A stretch of 64,000 bases of DNA from Schizochytrium sp. TIO01 (lineage: Eukaryota > Protista > Bigyra: Labyrinthulomycetes): positions 1,798,001-1,862,000 of the forward strand of contig SMSO01000005.1 of NCBI GenBank assembly GCA_004764695.1. Direction: 5' to 3'. Both the position numbers and the translations under genes were made by a program. Below the pieces are notes generated by a model. It was not told where the DNA came from and searched no databases. It saw only the letters and a list, made by a program, of their open reading frames with translations. Of this stretch, positions 1 through 11,200 are shown piece after piece (positions within the stretch are counted from its first letter, which is position 1; every line of letters starts with the position of its first letter).

Positions 1-3000
1 TACATAGCTAGGTAGGTAGCTGCCTGCATTCATACCTTCTCGTTGCGAGTGAACTTGCAAGAAGCCACGAGTCATTCAACATGGAGCACTACTCGCTGGA
101 GACTGAGTTGAGTTAACCTTCGGCGGCGCCGTGGCCTGGAGGCGCGGCGATGAATGCTAATACCAACTCCACTGGCAAATACCTCTACAGAGGTAGGTAG
201 GTGTTGAAGTGGAAGACAAAGTGCGATTGTAAGCCAGAAAGGCACATTAAGAATCGTGACGCACAAGTAACGCGTCCACCTTACCCAAAGTCGCCCTGTC
301 GGAAAAGGCCAAGCCAAAAGGCACACGCTGTATGCATAGTCTCCCGTCACGGGCAGTTTAAGCAAAAATGCCCCAGAGCTCGCACGAGGCTGCACGGGGT
401 CCACCTCGCGCAGCAAGACTTCTGTAGGTTGATGAAGAAAAGCCAGCTTAGGAGAAATGACCAGCTTCCCGAGGGGTTATGACTCGTCCCGAGTTCCCGA
501 GAAAAGGTCTCTTCTTTCTTAATGAATGAATGTTTTGGCTTAATTGAGTTTTTACCCAAGTTAAAAGATTTTAACTCATTACCTTCGACAAGGGAGAGCG
601 CTTGCGGGGCTTGTACGAATTTCTGCGCAGTTTTTGCAGGGTGGGAGAAACAAGATTGATTCGTTTTCGTTTCTGAACATCTAGCTACCACTCGGTAAGT
701 ATGCACCTATCTGGGCAAAACAGAGAATCAATCTATAGGCAGACCAGCTTGGGTATTGCAAACATTAACAGTTGGACCAGCGTTATTATGATAGTCCTCA
801 GAGAGAACTTGATCTGTTCATAGGAACAAGATTGTGCTTTGTACCTGCAAGCTCGTAGATCCACGTCAATTGTCATTCTTAGTCATTAGATATTGCTATC
901 GGCATTGCTAAAGTTGATAGCTAGGCGAGATTGGAATACACAGAAAGAGATCAACGTGGATAAAAAAAAAAAGCGGTGCTACTTTACATCGCAACCTCAC
1001 AAACCAGCAAGAACTGCTATATTTAGGAAATGAATATTACAATAACATAACATTCAGTACACTGTAAGTGCCCGTTGAGCCTGAACCGATGGCTAATGCA
1101 AGTCCGGGATTTGCAATATTGCATTTCCTTGTTTCCCTTTGTGAACTGAGTTCAGATGTATTCGTGCCTTGGATTCAAACTTTGAACTATAGGTTGTGCT
1201 CTGCATGAAAAGTTTTGCTGAAGATGTGTTTAGAGTAACACAACTACAATCACTTGCTGTGAGTGAGTAAGCTGATCTAGTGTTACAAAATTGGGTTGTC
1301 TCGTGAGGAGATGTGCAAGCGAAGCTGTCAGCTGTTGAGGCTTCTTACCTGCGACAAGCATTAGTTTATGTTACTGGAGTATACAACTATAATCCAGTGG
1401 GCGTGGTCAGCGGTCTCTGCCTTTCCAAAAATTCTCAGGACAAGCTTTGGAGCAACAAGAGCTTTCTAGCTGTATCCCTCTACAGTTGAACAAAGACCAA
1501 CCCTCTTTGTTATCTGTTATTGCATTAGAGCGAAATTCTGAACAGCAGCCAAGCGAAGACATCTACCCTTTGATTTGCGCAGCAGCAGAAGAAGAAGACT
1601 CGTGCATATTTGCAGTTGTGGCTCTGTCCATAACAGTTTGTCAGATCAATATCATTATATTGGTGATTGGTACTCCAGAGCAGTGCATGGCCAAGGTAAG
1701 AGTAAGCCATGAACTTCTTCTTGGCGCTCAACCATGTCCTTGAAGGTGAGAAGGAGTACGGATTTCGCCATAGACCACCTTGACCATGACATCGTACTGC
1801 AAACTGTGCGTATACACATTTGACCAGTCCTCAACATTTGAAAATCATTACCAGGATTCAATTCTGCAATGCCAAGGTTCTTGCAAAAGGTCCACGTTGT
1901 CTACTTTACATTAAGAGCTGCAGAATGGCGCGCGCCTCAAGGGCGGCGGGCTTTGAATGCAGGTTGAGATCAAGAAAGGCATTGTCACAATAGGACCTTT
2001 CGAGCGACATAGTCTCTAGAGCGCGAAGAGAACTACGATGGGGTTTAGAAATCAAGAGAGAAAACGATTGCTAGCAAGTTGTTTTCAAGGTGTTCTGGTT
2101 CCAATCTGTCAAACCTTTAAAAATAATCGTGAACGTTCTATAAAATAATAACTTCACCTTTCTTGAACTTTCCACTGCAAAATCGGTCTAACCATAGATG
2201 AAAGTGCTCCAACCATGAATTTATCATTGGAATTTTGCACTGGTTTGTGTATACGCATTTAAAATTCTCAATCTTTGCGACCAAAATAACTGACGGAAAG
2301 GATGAATATATAACGCCAGAATAGTATTATTGCCTGTAGTTTAGCATGCCTCCTTAATCTCATGAAGTCATTTAAGTAAACTAAGATACTTCAAGATCGG
2401 AAACTATTCCTTTCGAATAAGACTGGATATGTGTAAACCTAAACTGAAATTAGTTTGATCGACATCAAGACGTAAACATTTGAATGGTCTTCAACGTGTC
2501 GGCATCGCTCACTCAAAAATAGTATCATAAACACCCCATATTTACAAAGGTATAAGATTTTATTGTTTTTCGAAAGCGGAAATCAGCCAAAGTATTTGTA
2601 GAGCACACTGCAACGCAATGTTCACAAATCTCCGGCGGTGCGAGTTGCTCAAGTAGCTGTCAGGTTCTGCTTTGTTGGACGGATGTTGACAGCCTTCAAA
2701 ATCTACCCTGCGTCTCCAAAAAAAGACATGGAATAATGGATATACTAAGATGTTCTTTAGAAATCCACGATTGATCTTCTATGGGTCATTCTGTTTTAAA
2801 ATTTAAAACTGTATTTTCTACCATGATGTTATCTTAAATTATCTGAAAAACCCCTTGATCTTGACGGCAATTTCTAAGTGAGTGGTGCGCTTGCAAGTCT
2901 TGCAAGCATTAATCATAAGAACCTAATCTATTGGATAAGTCCTCACTGCATAAAACAGTCTCTTTGAGGCAAATAGACTTTCCATGAACATTTACTGTGA

Positions 3001-5124
3001 TGAAAAGGAACGAAAAATTCTTCAAGACCGTCCATCAGTTCCTCCGGTGTTCTCTTCCACTGTTCGATTGGCAGTACTACTCTTGCATCATCATGTAGCC
3101 TTCAGGGTGAGTGAAAACGTGCAGCATTACGAGTGTCTCGGTGCAGTTCCAATCATATAGGATGAAACATGACTCGTTGTATATAAAAAGTGTGGCAATA
3201 CCATCGCTACTTTAAAATTAAAAAACTAATAGAATACGAGCGATTCGTTTTGATCCTACATTCTGAGGCCAGACCTGGTAAGCCTGGCTGCATAGCAAAT
3301 GCTAGCAAAGAAGCTGGTTTCTTTATTTCATGTTGGGTGCAATTCTGCAAGCTCAGGACCAACGATTTCGAATCTGAGAAAATACAGTTTACAAACCGCC
3401 TATTTGGAAGAAAGCATTCTGAAGTTACGAAAGGAGGGCAAGAATTCTATAGCAGGTTAAAGGCATGAGCCACATTGAGATCGTCTCAACAAATTCTACC
3501 TGCCAGAATAGGTGGCCAATAATTGGATGACCTTGACGAATGGCAGTGGCGAGTTGGCCTTGGAGCCACAAAATCACTGGTCATTGATGGACAAACAAGG
3601 GACGTTACAATGCTCATATTTTGTCCTCACCAGGTCGCATTTTGAAAATGCTGGATTTTGCTTTCAGGATCGCCACGTGTTGAGAAATTTAAAATACATC
3701 GAGATGGCTCGCGAGGAGATGGTTCGCGAGATGCAACGTAGATTTCGAGTATCAAGTGTGCCCAATTTATCTTACTTATATTGTGCCGTTTGTCTTTGAA
3801 TGTTATGAGAGCCACAAATGTAAAGCATCAGTGCATGATAAACCAGATTGAAATTTCGGTGCGCGGTTTCATTTCGAAGACTTGAATCAGCCACAGTTAT
3901 CAAATCATGAGCAGTTGTTGGGTATAATTTTTATGCTTCTCATCCTCATGACATGTGTTGAAACAGTTTCTTTCAGTCCAGGATCATAAATTTGGTTGAT
4001 TTATTTTGCGACGACTGAATATTGGAATAATTGATGAAATGAATGTAATTGCTATAATAGCAAGGCTATCTTCTCAAGGGGCGACACACCATGATTACAT
4101 AATTTCAAGCTTTAGAAATGAATAAGTTTTAAATGCCATACTGTCAAATAACATTGGCCTAGCCACTTGTTTACGTGCACTTGTCACAGTATGCTGACTT
4201 CCCCAAAAAGATCTTGGACTCCTGAAGTGTCATATGAAGCAAGCGAAACTCTTCCTAGTCTTAGTCCTCTCATCGAGATTGCTGGTCTGGGCACGTTTCT
4301 CGCAGTCTTCCAACCCGATCTTCAAACAGCACTTACTTCAAGTTATTAGAGAGCTGGCAGTGTAGAATACGTGTCCAAGCACCTCGCGCCAGGCTGCAAG
4401 TCGTTGAGAGCCGCACACCCGTATGGCCCTGGGAGACTTTGCAAGACCAACTTCAATATGGTCCTTCTAGGCATGTCGACTTTGGCAACAACCGTGGAAA
4501 CTTTTGCACTCCCTCGCGGAGTCTCAGACCAACTCGCAAGAAACTGCAGCAACTTGTACGAGCTGGACGATTCTTGTAATAAACACGTCATCAGCCCTGA
4601 TCCCGCCGCACTTTCCAACTTCAAAAACTCTCTGTAGAATAGAAAGAAGTTAGAACACGAACTAAAGATCTCGGCCTTCGTCTAACAAACAACTCACTGC
4701 GACTACTAGTAGAAAGTTAGTTTTGACACTCTCTGTGAATGTGCCGAAACGCTTGATCAGCGCATGCAGTGACTGACTGACTGTGAAATAGCCATATGCC
4801 TAAGAGAAACTTGAAGGCGAACTAACTCGCTGTGCGTGCCTTCCAACACTGCAGAAGTTAGATCATGTATAGGCTCGCTGCAGTCTGCAGCGCTTAAACT
4901 TAGTTAGTGAGTGCCTGGCCGTGAGGCCGGGAGGAGGACTTGAATAGAATTGAAAGGGAAGGCAATCAGAAGTGACGAGGAAGGGTTCGCGGGCTCAGCA
5001 CGTGCAGCGAAGTCCTCCGGGCCAGCTGCAGTGTCCGGCTGTAGCGATTCTGAAGGTGAATTGATTCAGGCAATTCATGCAGGGTTCACAAGGCTCGGTA
5101 CTAGCCACTAAGTCTCAACGTGAC

Positions 5125-5579
5125 TTGAAACGCAACTGCAGCGTTTCAATTCTACTAGAAATATGCTATAGCGAACCTTGCCTTGCAGGTACCTAGCTTC
5201 AACAAGTAGCTAGTTGATTTGTAAAAGTGTTCCTTACGGGGATCGTCTGTCTGAAAGTTCAAGATCTCAGAGAGGGACACTTCGTTTTTTGAGAATTGAT
5301 TGAAGTTGAAAATCTTTCTCTACGAAACTCAATTCCTGTAAATTTGGCTCTCAGGAGGGATTGTGATGTGCGCTATTTTCCTGAAACTAAGCCTAAGGGG
5401 TACACAGGGCGTTTCTTCCTATTCCTCCTATGAAGAGACTACACAAAAACCCAACCTACTCCTAGCATAATCAGTAAAATAAGTTATATAATAATCCCTC
5501 ATAAAAATTTGCTGCTAGATCCGCAGCAAATTGCGAGTGCCCCTGCACGTGCAAGAGCTGCGCGCACAATGACAGCAAA
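5125..5579 (+). promoter_or_regulatory. Palindrome-rich putative promoter of metallothionein MT-A
   Basis: Two perfect inverted repeats with 7-nt spacers: TTGAAACGC-N7-GCGTTTCAA (5125-5149) and AATTTGCTGC-N7-GCAGCAAATT (5506-5532). Also TGCACGTGCA (5544-5553) and TGCGCGCA (5559-5566, which fits the MRE core TGCRCNC on both strands), all upstream of the ATG at 5647. Regulatory function is inferred. Confidence 0.45.
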
Positions 5580-5646
5580 CCTGCAACTCAACAAGCTCCA
5601 AGCAAACCAACAACAAGTCTAAGCTCAACTCAAGTCAACCAGAAAA

Positions 5647-5963
5647 ATGGCCTGCTCCTGTGGAAACCAGTCTTGCCAGGTAAGTAACTAATCTAAAAGC
5701 AGCAGCAGTGCGAAAAGTAGAAGTTTTGAAAATGTCTAGTCAGTGATTATATGCATATGATCACCGTCAGCAGAAGTAAAATGTCTTCATCCTGGAGTCT
5801 AAAACAGCGAATATCTGGTTTGGCCTATGAAGTTTGTGAATATATTGACTAACGTACAGTAACTTGACAATGAATTTTATCTGCCTATGATGAACAGGGC
5901 TGCGGCTCCGGCAAGTGCAACTGCGACCCCAAGAACTGCAGCTGCGGTTGCAGCAAGAAGTAA
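5647..5963 (+). CDS. Small metallothionein MT-A, join(5647..5679,5898..5963), 32 aa MACSCGNQSCQGCGSGKCNCDPKNCSCGCSKK
   Basis: ATG in an AAAAATGG context. Donor CAG|GTAAGT at 5680, branch point GACTAAC at 5847-5853, acceptor AACAG at 5897, stop TAA at 5961-5963. The phase-0 join gives 9 Cys, mostly in CxC motifs, with no aromatic residues. Confidence 0.9.
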
Positions 5964-7352
5964 GAAGTTCTTACTTATCCAATCTAAGCCACAGGTGAAG
6001 ATACTTATACCTTTGGACGAAATACGCCAGAGGGCCCAGGCTACATCGTGAATTCTGCGTGTGCCTCATGCCAATGACTCTAGCACAACCACTTCTGTTG
6101 TTGCCCCTTGTTCTTTGACTCCTATCTCCTATATTCAATCTATTAATGCTGCAGATATTGTGCAGAGCTAAGCAAATGTCATCAATCTATTAACCTTCAG
6201 GAACCTTGTCTTTAGTTGTAATTTTCGAGCAAAACCATACCCTCATAGTTTGGCCTTACCACCACAAGAACTAACAACAGATCGTACATGTTGTGAGGGC
6301 GGTTTCCGCCTGCTCAAGGTGCTCCAGTCCTAGTGGAACTCTGAGGTCCTCAGGTCGATTGAAACTCGATGGCGCACCCTATTCTGCCTCCGCATCCTAA
6401 GCTTGCAAATTATAATATCAACAGTGCCCTAAACAGTATGAACGATATCTGTTGTGCCGATATACTCCACTAGTTGGACCTTTTATTTGGGTAACAAAAC
6501 AGACGGTCACTCATAGTTAGTGGCAACGCAATGATTGGCAAGCAGTACCTAGCAAGGTACATTTTCAATTTGCCCAAATGTAACATTTTGTGCTCCGCGG
6601 GAACGCCTTGAGACTCAGTCGTGAAGCACTCACCCCTGGAATCGTCTCGAACAGGAGCCCTTTCATGTGACTCAGACCGAGCCCGGGCTAGCAGTGAGCT
6701 ACTTCTGCACCCTGATGAACCTCTCCTGAGCCCAAGGTCCTTCTCCAACGCATTGCCTCGAGCTCTTCATACCCACCAGCAGAATAAATGCAAATGTAAA
6801 CGAACCAAAGAAAGTAACGTGTCTTACGATGGCATGGCGTCTTTGAGTGTAATTCCATTTTCTGCGGACTCGAGCCCAGCTCCTTGTGGTTTTGTTTCTT
6901 AAACCTAGCTCAAGTCTGACTCGTGCACGATCTTCATCGCCATGGTCTCCTTAGTCATGGCGATCCTCGACATGTGATCTATCACATGCCTAAGTGGTCA
7001 ACTCTGAGGTTCCACCTTCTTCCTTGAAGCTCTGCGGGTTTTCCCTGCGTTCCCTTTGAATAAGTTTCCTCAGAGGGGCATTTTGTGCGTAAAAGCTGCT
7101 TGATGAAAAGAATATGATATGTGTAGTATGGACAGTGGCGCAAGAGGAGATCAGCGACGACAAGAATCGTTATGTACACCTTTGGATGGACTTCGTTTAC
7201 TGCGAATTTGGCGTTAAATTGGTTCTTTCCGCGCGAAGTTTGACGAGTAAAGAAGATTGGGATATCCAAAACCAAAACGAGAAATCCAACGCACCGACGA
7301 CTGAGTAGAGCCTGCTGGGGAAGAGAGAAAGAGAACTACAACGACGAAGAAG

Positions 7353-7892
7353 ATGACCTGCAAGTGCACCGACTGTGATTGTGGCGATAACTGCAAGTGC
7401 TGCGAGGTAAGTTAGTTACGAAGACGCTGAGAGGGGCTTCTGTTAAAGAAATGTCTTTATATGGAGATGTACCAAGTATCCAAGTTTTAGCTCGAGGAAA
7501 GGTCTGTTGAACTCGAAATGTTCACGCGTACCTGGCAGATCCTGACGAAATTCAATTGAAACAGGATCTTCTGGATGATTTGGTGTCAGCAAAAGCCCTC
7601 GTGAGAGCGTCCAAGATGTTTTTATTTTTGCAGACAAACTCATTAAAAATTGCTATGCTCGAACAAATAATCGATAACACAGTGCTGCAGCGGCGGCAAG
7701 TGCACGTGCCCCCCGGGTAAGTGTAAGTGCTGCTCATCCTCGTCGAAAAAATCTGGTGGATCGTGCTGCAGTAGCGGCGCATCTGGTGACATGAAGGCTC
7801 GTGTCAAGGATAACCTCCCTGCGATTGCCATGATTCTTGGCGCTGGTCTCCTCGTAGGTTTCGCGCTCGGCAAGTCTTCGGCATCCAAGTAA
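7353..7892 (+). CDS. Metallothionein MT-B with C-terminal transmembrane tail, join(7353..7406,7683..7892), 87 aa
   Basis: Donor GAG|GTAAGT at 7407 and acceptor CACAG at 7682. The phase-0 join gives MTCKCTDCDCGDNCKCCECCSGGKCTCPPGKCKCCSSSSKKSGGSCCSSGASGDMKARVKDNLPAIAMILGAGLLVGFALGKSSASK, with 16 Cys in CxC/CC/CxCC motifs followed by a hydrophobic helix. A competing acceptor exists at 7633. Confidence 0.82.
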
Positions 7893-8210
7893 AGGTTTCC
7901 TTATACTCCAGCGATCCAGCCCGCCTTCTTATTCTTCCTCAGGAGTAAGAGACAACGCAGAGAGGAATTTTAACCAAGTGCAAGCTCCAGGAAACGCACC
8001 TTCGCATCCGGCGCTATTACACCATGCGAGGTCAAGTGCTTGCCCTTTCCTCCTTTGCTTTATAAATACTTGTATTGGAACGTATTAACTCATCAATTTT
8101 CTTTCATTTCATTAACTCTACTCATCTATAATTTACTCAAGATTGTCACCGCTGTATTTAGAAACGAGAACATGGCTCGCCCATACTCTGAATCAGCTGT
8201 GCTGCATTGC

Positions 8211-11200
8211 TTAAGCTGGGCGAACTATCGAAACAGGAGAACTGTGATCGCTGGCAGCACTCATTCCAACCGCATTCTCTGCTACTACACAAAACGTATA
8301 TGGGACATCATCTTCCATGAAAAACTCCTCCCTAGGTAAGAGGTCTTTGGAAAGCTCTTCGCTTGTAGCGGGCAGAAATCCAGGTAGAACATTAACAAAA
8401 TATGGTCCAGTTGGGGCTACTTGTGCTAATGTTGCGCACGTACCCTTTGACTCACCATTTTGAAACGCATTGACATGGAAGCGTACAACAGGGTAACCAC
8501 CATCAAAGCTAGGGGGATTCCAGTGTAAACGAACTGCACGGAAGTCTGCACCAAGTACCTTCGGTGCATCAACAGCATTCGGTACTTGTGCTGGCAATGT
8601 TTGAATTGGTGGGCATGGTGTACTTCGTAAGCCCTTACCAATTTCATTTTCCGCCAGTACTGCGAACTCGTATACAGTTGCCGGTTCAAGTTTTTTGACA
8701 ACAAATTGCTGCCTACTTGCATTCACTGTATCCACAAGGATGAAAGGACCTAGCTGTCGAGACCTTATGAAGATATGGTATTCAAATACAGCACTGCCAA
8801 AGGTTTTCAAAGGTGGATCCCATGAAACATTGAGGGTAGAAATACTTGGATCAGAAGCGCGCACGTTGATTGGCTCCCCTGGAGGCCCGCGCTTGACAGT
8901 AAATGGCCGGCTGGCTGGGGAAAAGTCTCCAATGCCTCGATCATTCACTGCACAAACTTGAAATCTGTAAGACTCACCGGACTCAAGCCCTTCAATCGAC
9001 GCGTGTGTAACTTTGCCCCCCACTTTATTAGTTGCCAACGAACTTCCTAGAATTTCACGTCGTCTTCGCCATGCCATTGTTGATTGAGACAACAATGGAT
9101 ATATTTCCTTTTGGTAGATGTTAACATCATAGTCCACGATTGCTTTCATCCATGCCACAAGATGCTGAGAAATTGCGAGCTGAAGGCTGCTCGTGTCTTT
9201 TCCTAGAGCCTCTACCATTGCTACAACATGTTCAGGAAGTGGCAAAAACGCAGGGCGTAAGGTCTGTCCAAGTTCAGCATCACGAGTGGCGAGACGAAAA
9301 CTCCTTACACGTCCTAAAAATTGTTCAGGGTGTCTCATTGCGGATGTTACCTCGCTGAGTTGAGGTAGGGACTTTTGCATAGAAATTTGTGCATTCTGTC
9401 TCTTTTCTGCCTTGAGTCTGTCTTCTTGTGATACTGGTGATTCGGATGATAAGTCTTCCAATGACTTGTCTCCCGGGCTTGAATTGGTCGACTCACAAGC
9501 GCTAGTGTTGTGATCATCGTCATCCATAACATGCATCAGTAAGACCAAAGCGACCCGAAGAACATGAAAGTCTTGGTCAGATAATTTTCCCGCCATTTTA
9601 AACTCCACAACTTGCTTTGTATTAAAGTGCGACATGAGTTCATCAATCTTTTGTGTAGCTTCTGCGACTGCAGTATCTTTGCGCAATATGAGCCCAGCTT
9701 TGTCTGCAAAGCTCTCTTCCTTATCTTCGCAGTCTAACATTTCGTCCACGATGGTGGTAAGCGCGTATCGAATAATAAAAGCTGTCAACGCGCACCCGTT
9801 ATCCCGAGGTGCTTGCCATGCAATAGTTAAGCTTGTTAGAGCGCTACCTTGCAACCATGGTGCTTCTACCATTGGATCTGGTGCGCAAGTTTCAGTCACT
9901 GCAGAAATTGATGGCGCAGACCAGACTCCTCGCCCAAGTTTATTCTCTGCAACAATGGAAAACTGATATGCCATACCAGGCTCCAACCCAGTTACTCGAG
10001 CACTCATTTCAAGCAATTGATCAGCTGTTATACCCTTTCGAGAAGCAGCAGAACCATTGGCCGACAATGCCACCTCAACTAAGACACGACGTTGGTTCGT
10101 CAGGTTTTCCTCTTCCTTAAGTTTTCGACGGACGCGTAACGTCTCTTTAGCACCCAGATGCCGATTCTCATGCAGCCATGTTTCGAGCTTTTCTCGTCGA
10201 GCGGCAGCAGCAGCAAGTTCCCTCGACGCGTTGGCTTTGGCATCTGCCCAAAGTAAAACAATTTCCTCGGAATCTTCAAAATTTCGCGCACGCACACCAC
10301 CTCGTGCACGAATTATAAATTTATTAATATGCGCTCCCATGGAGTCTGGTGCCAACCATGTGATGTCCATTGTTGTCGTAGTAAGGCCACTAATAATTGG
10401 AGCATCAATGCGTCCTGGAACAGCTGCAAGGCATCTCCTTGTAGCTGATGGTAAACTCCACGGCCCTTGCCCATGCTTGCTAATTGCTGCAACACAATAT
10501 TCGTACGTACTACCAGGATGAAGAGCCGTCATGCGACGCTTGAATGTAGTCAGATTCTCTTTCAAATCAAGCTCAACCTTAGCTACTTCGTCGAATTCCC
10601 CAATCTCATTTTCACGTTGCTTAATGACAAAGGCCACCACGGAACTTCCATTTTGCACAGGCATTTCCCATCTCAAAGTCATTTCTGTTGGCTGCGTCTC
10701 TTCGACAAGTGGCGGTGGAGGAGCAAAAGGTAATCCTGAGCCTAATTTCCATGTTCGTATAGTGCCATCGTAGCTGCTTGTGCGAAGATAGTTACATACA
10801 TCAGCCTGTTCTGGGTTGTTTTGGGCTTTGTCATTAGCAAAGCGCCCTCCGTGCAGAAAAGTAAGGTCAACCACAGAGTCTTCATGCCCTCGTAAAGTTT
10901 GAAAAGCACATTGTCCTTCAATATCCCAGATCGTTATTGTTGAGTCCGCACAGCAAGTGACTAAAACATCGATAGGACTATCCTGAAAATCACTAACCAC
11001 CCCTAATGCACAGCTCGTCACCCAGTCTTTGCTTTTGAAGCGACAAAGTAAACGGCCTTCCGGGAATGTCCATACTTTTGCAAAAGTGTCTGAACCACAC
11101 GATGCAGCTAAAGAGTTTCCTTCATTTAGCGTCACAACATTGATCCAATCTCCGTGAGACGGTGGACCATCGCGACCCAAATAATGAGGTTGATGCTCGT

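Noticed and set aside
1062-1110. TGCCCGTTGAGCCTGAACCGATGGCTAATGCAAGTCCGGGA loosely resembles the 3' half of a TPP riboswitch
   Set aside because: It lacks the conserved CUGAGA and GCG, P5 does not pair properly, and no thiamine gene is adjacent. An Infernal RF00059 search would settle it.
72-4349. Short ORFs in the first 4 kb (e.g. 1447-1861, 3512-3799)
   Set aside because: No recognisable motifs and no convincing splice model. They may be decayed sequence but cannot be supported.
6470-7308. ORFs between the two metallothionein genes
   Set aside because: No homology or coding-like pattern, and no third Cys-rich spliced model was found.
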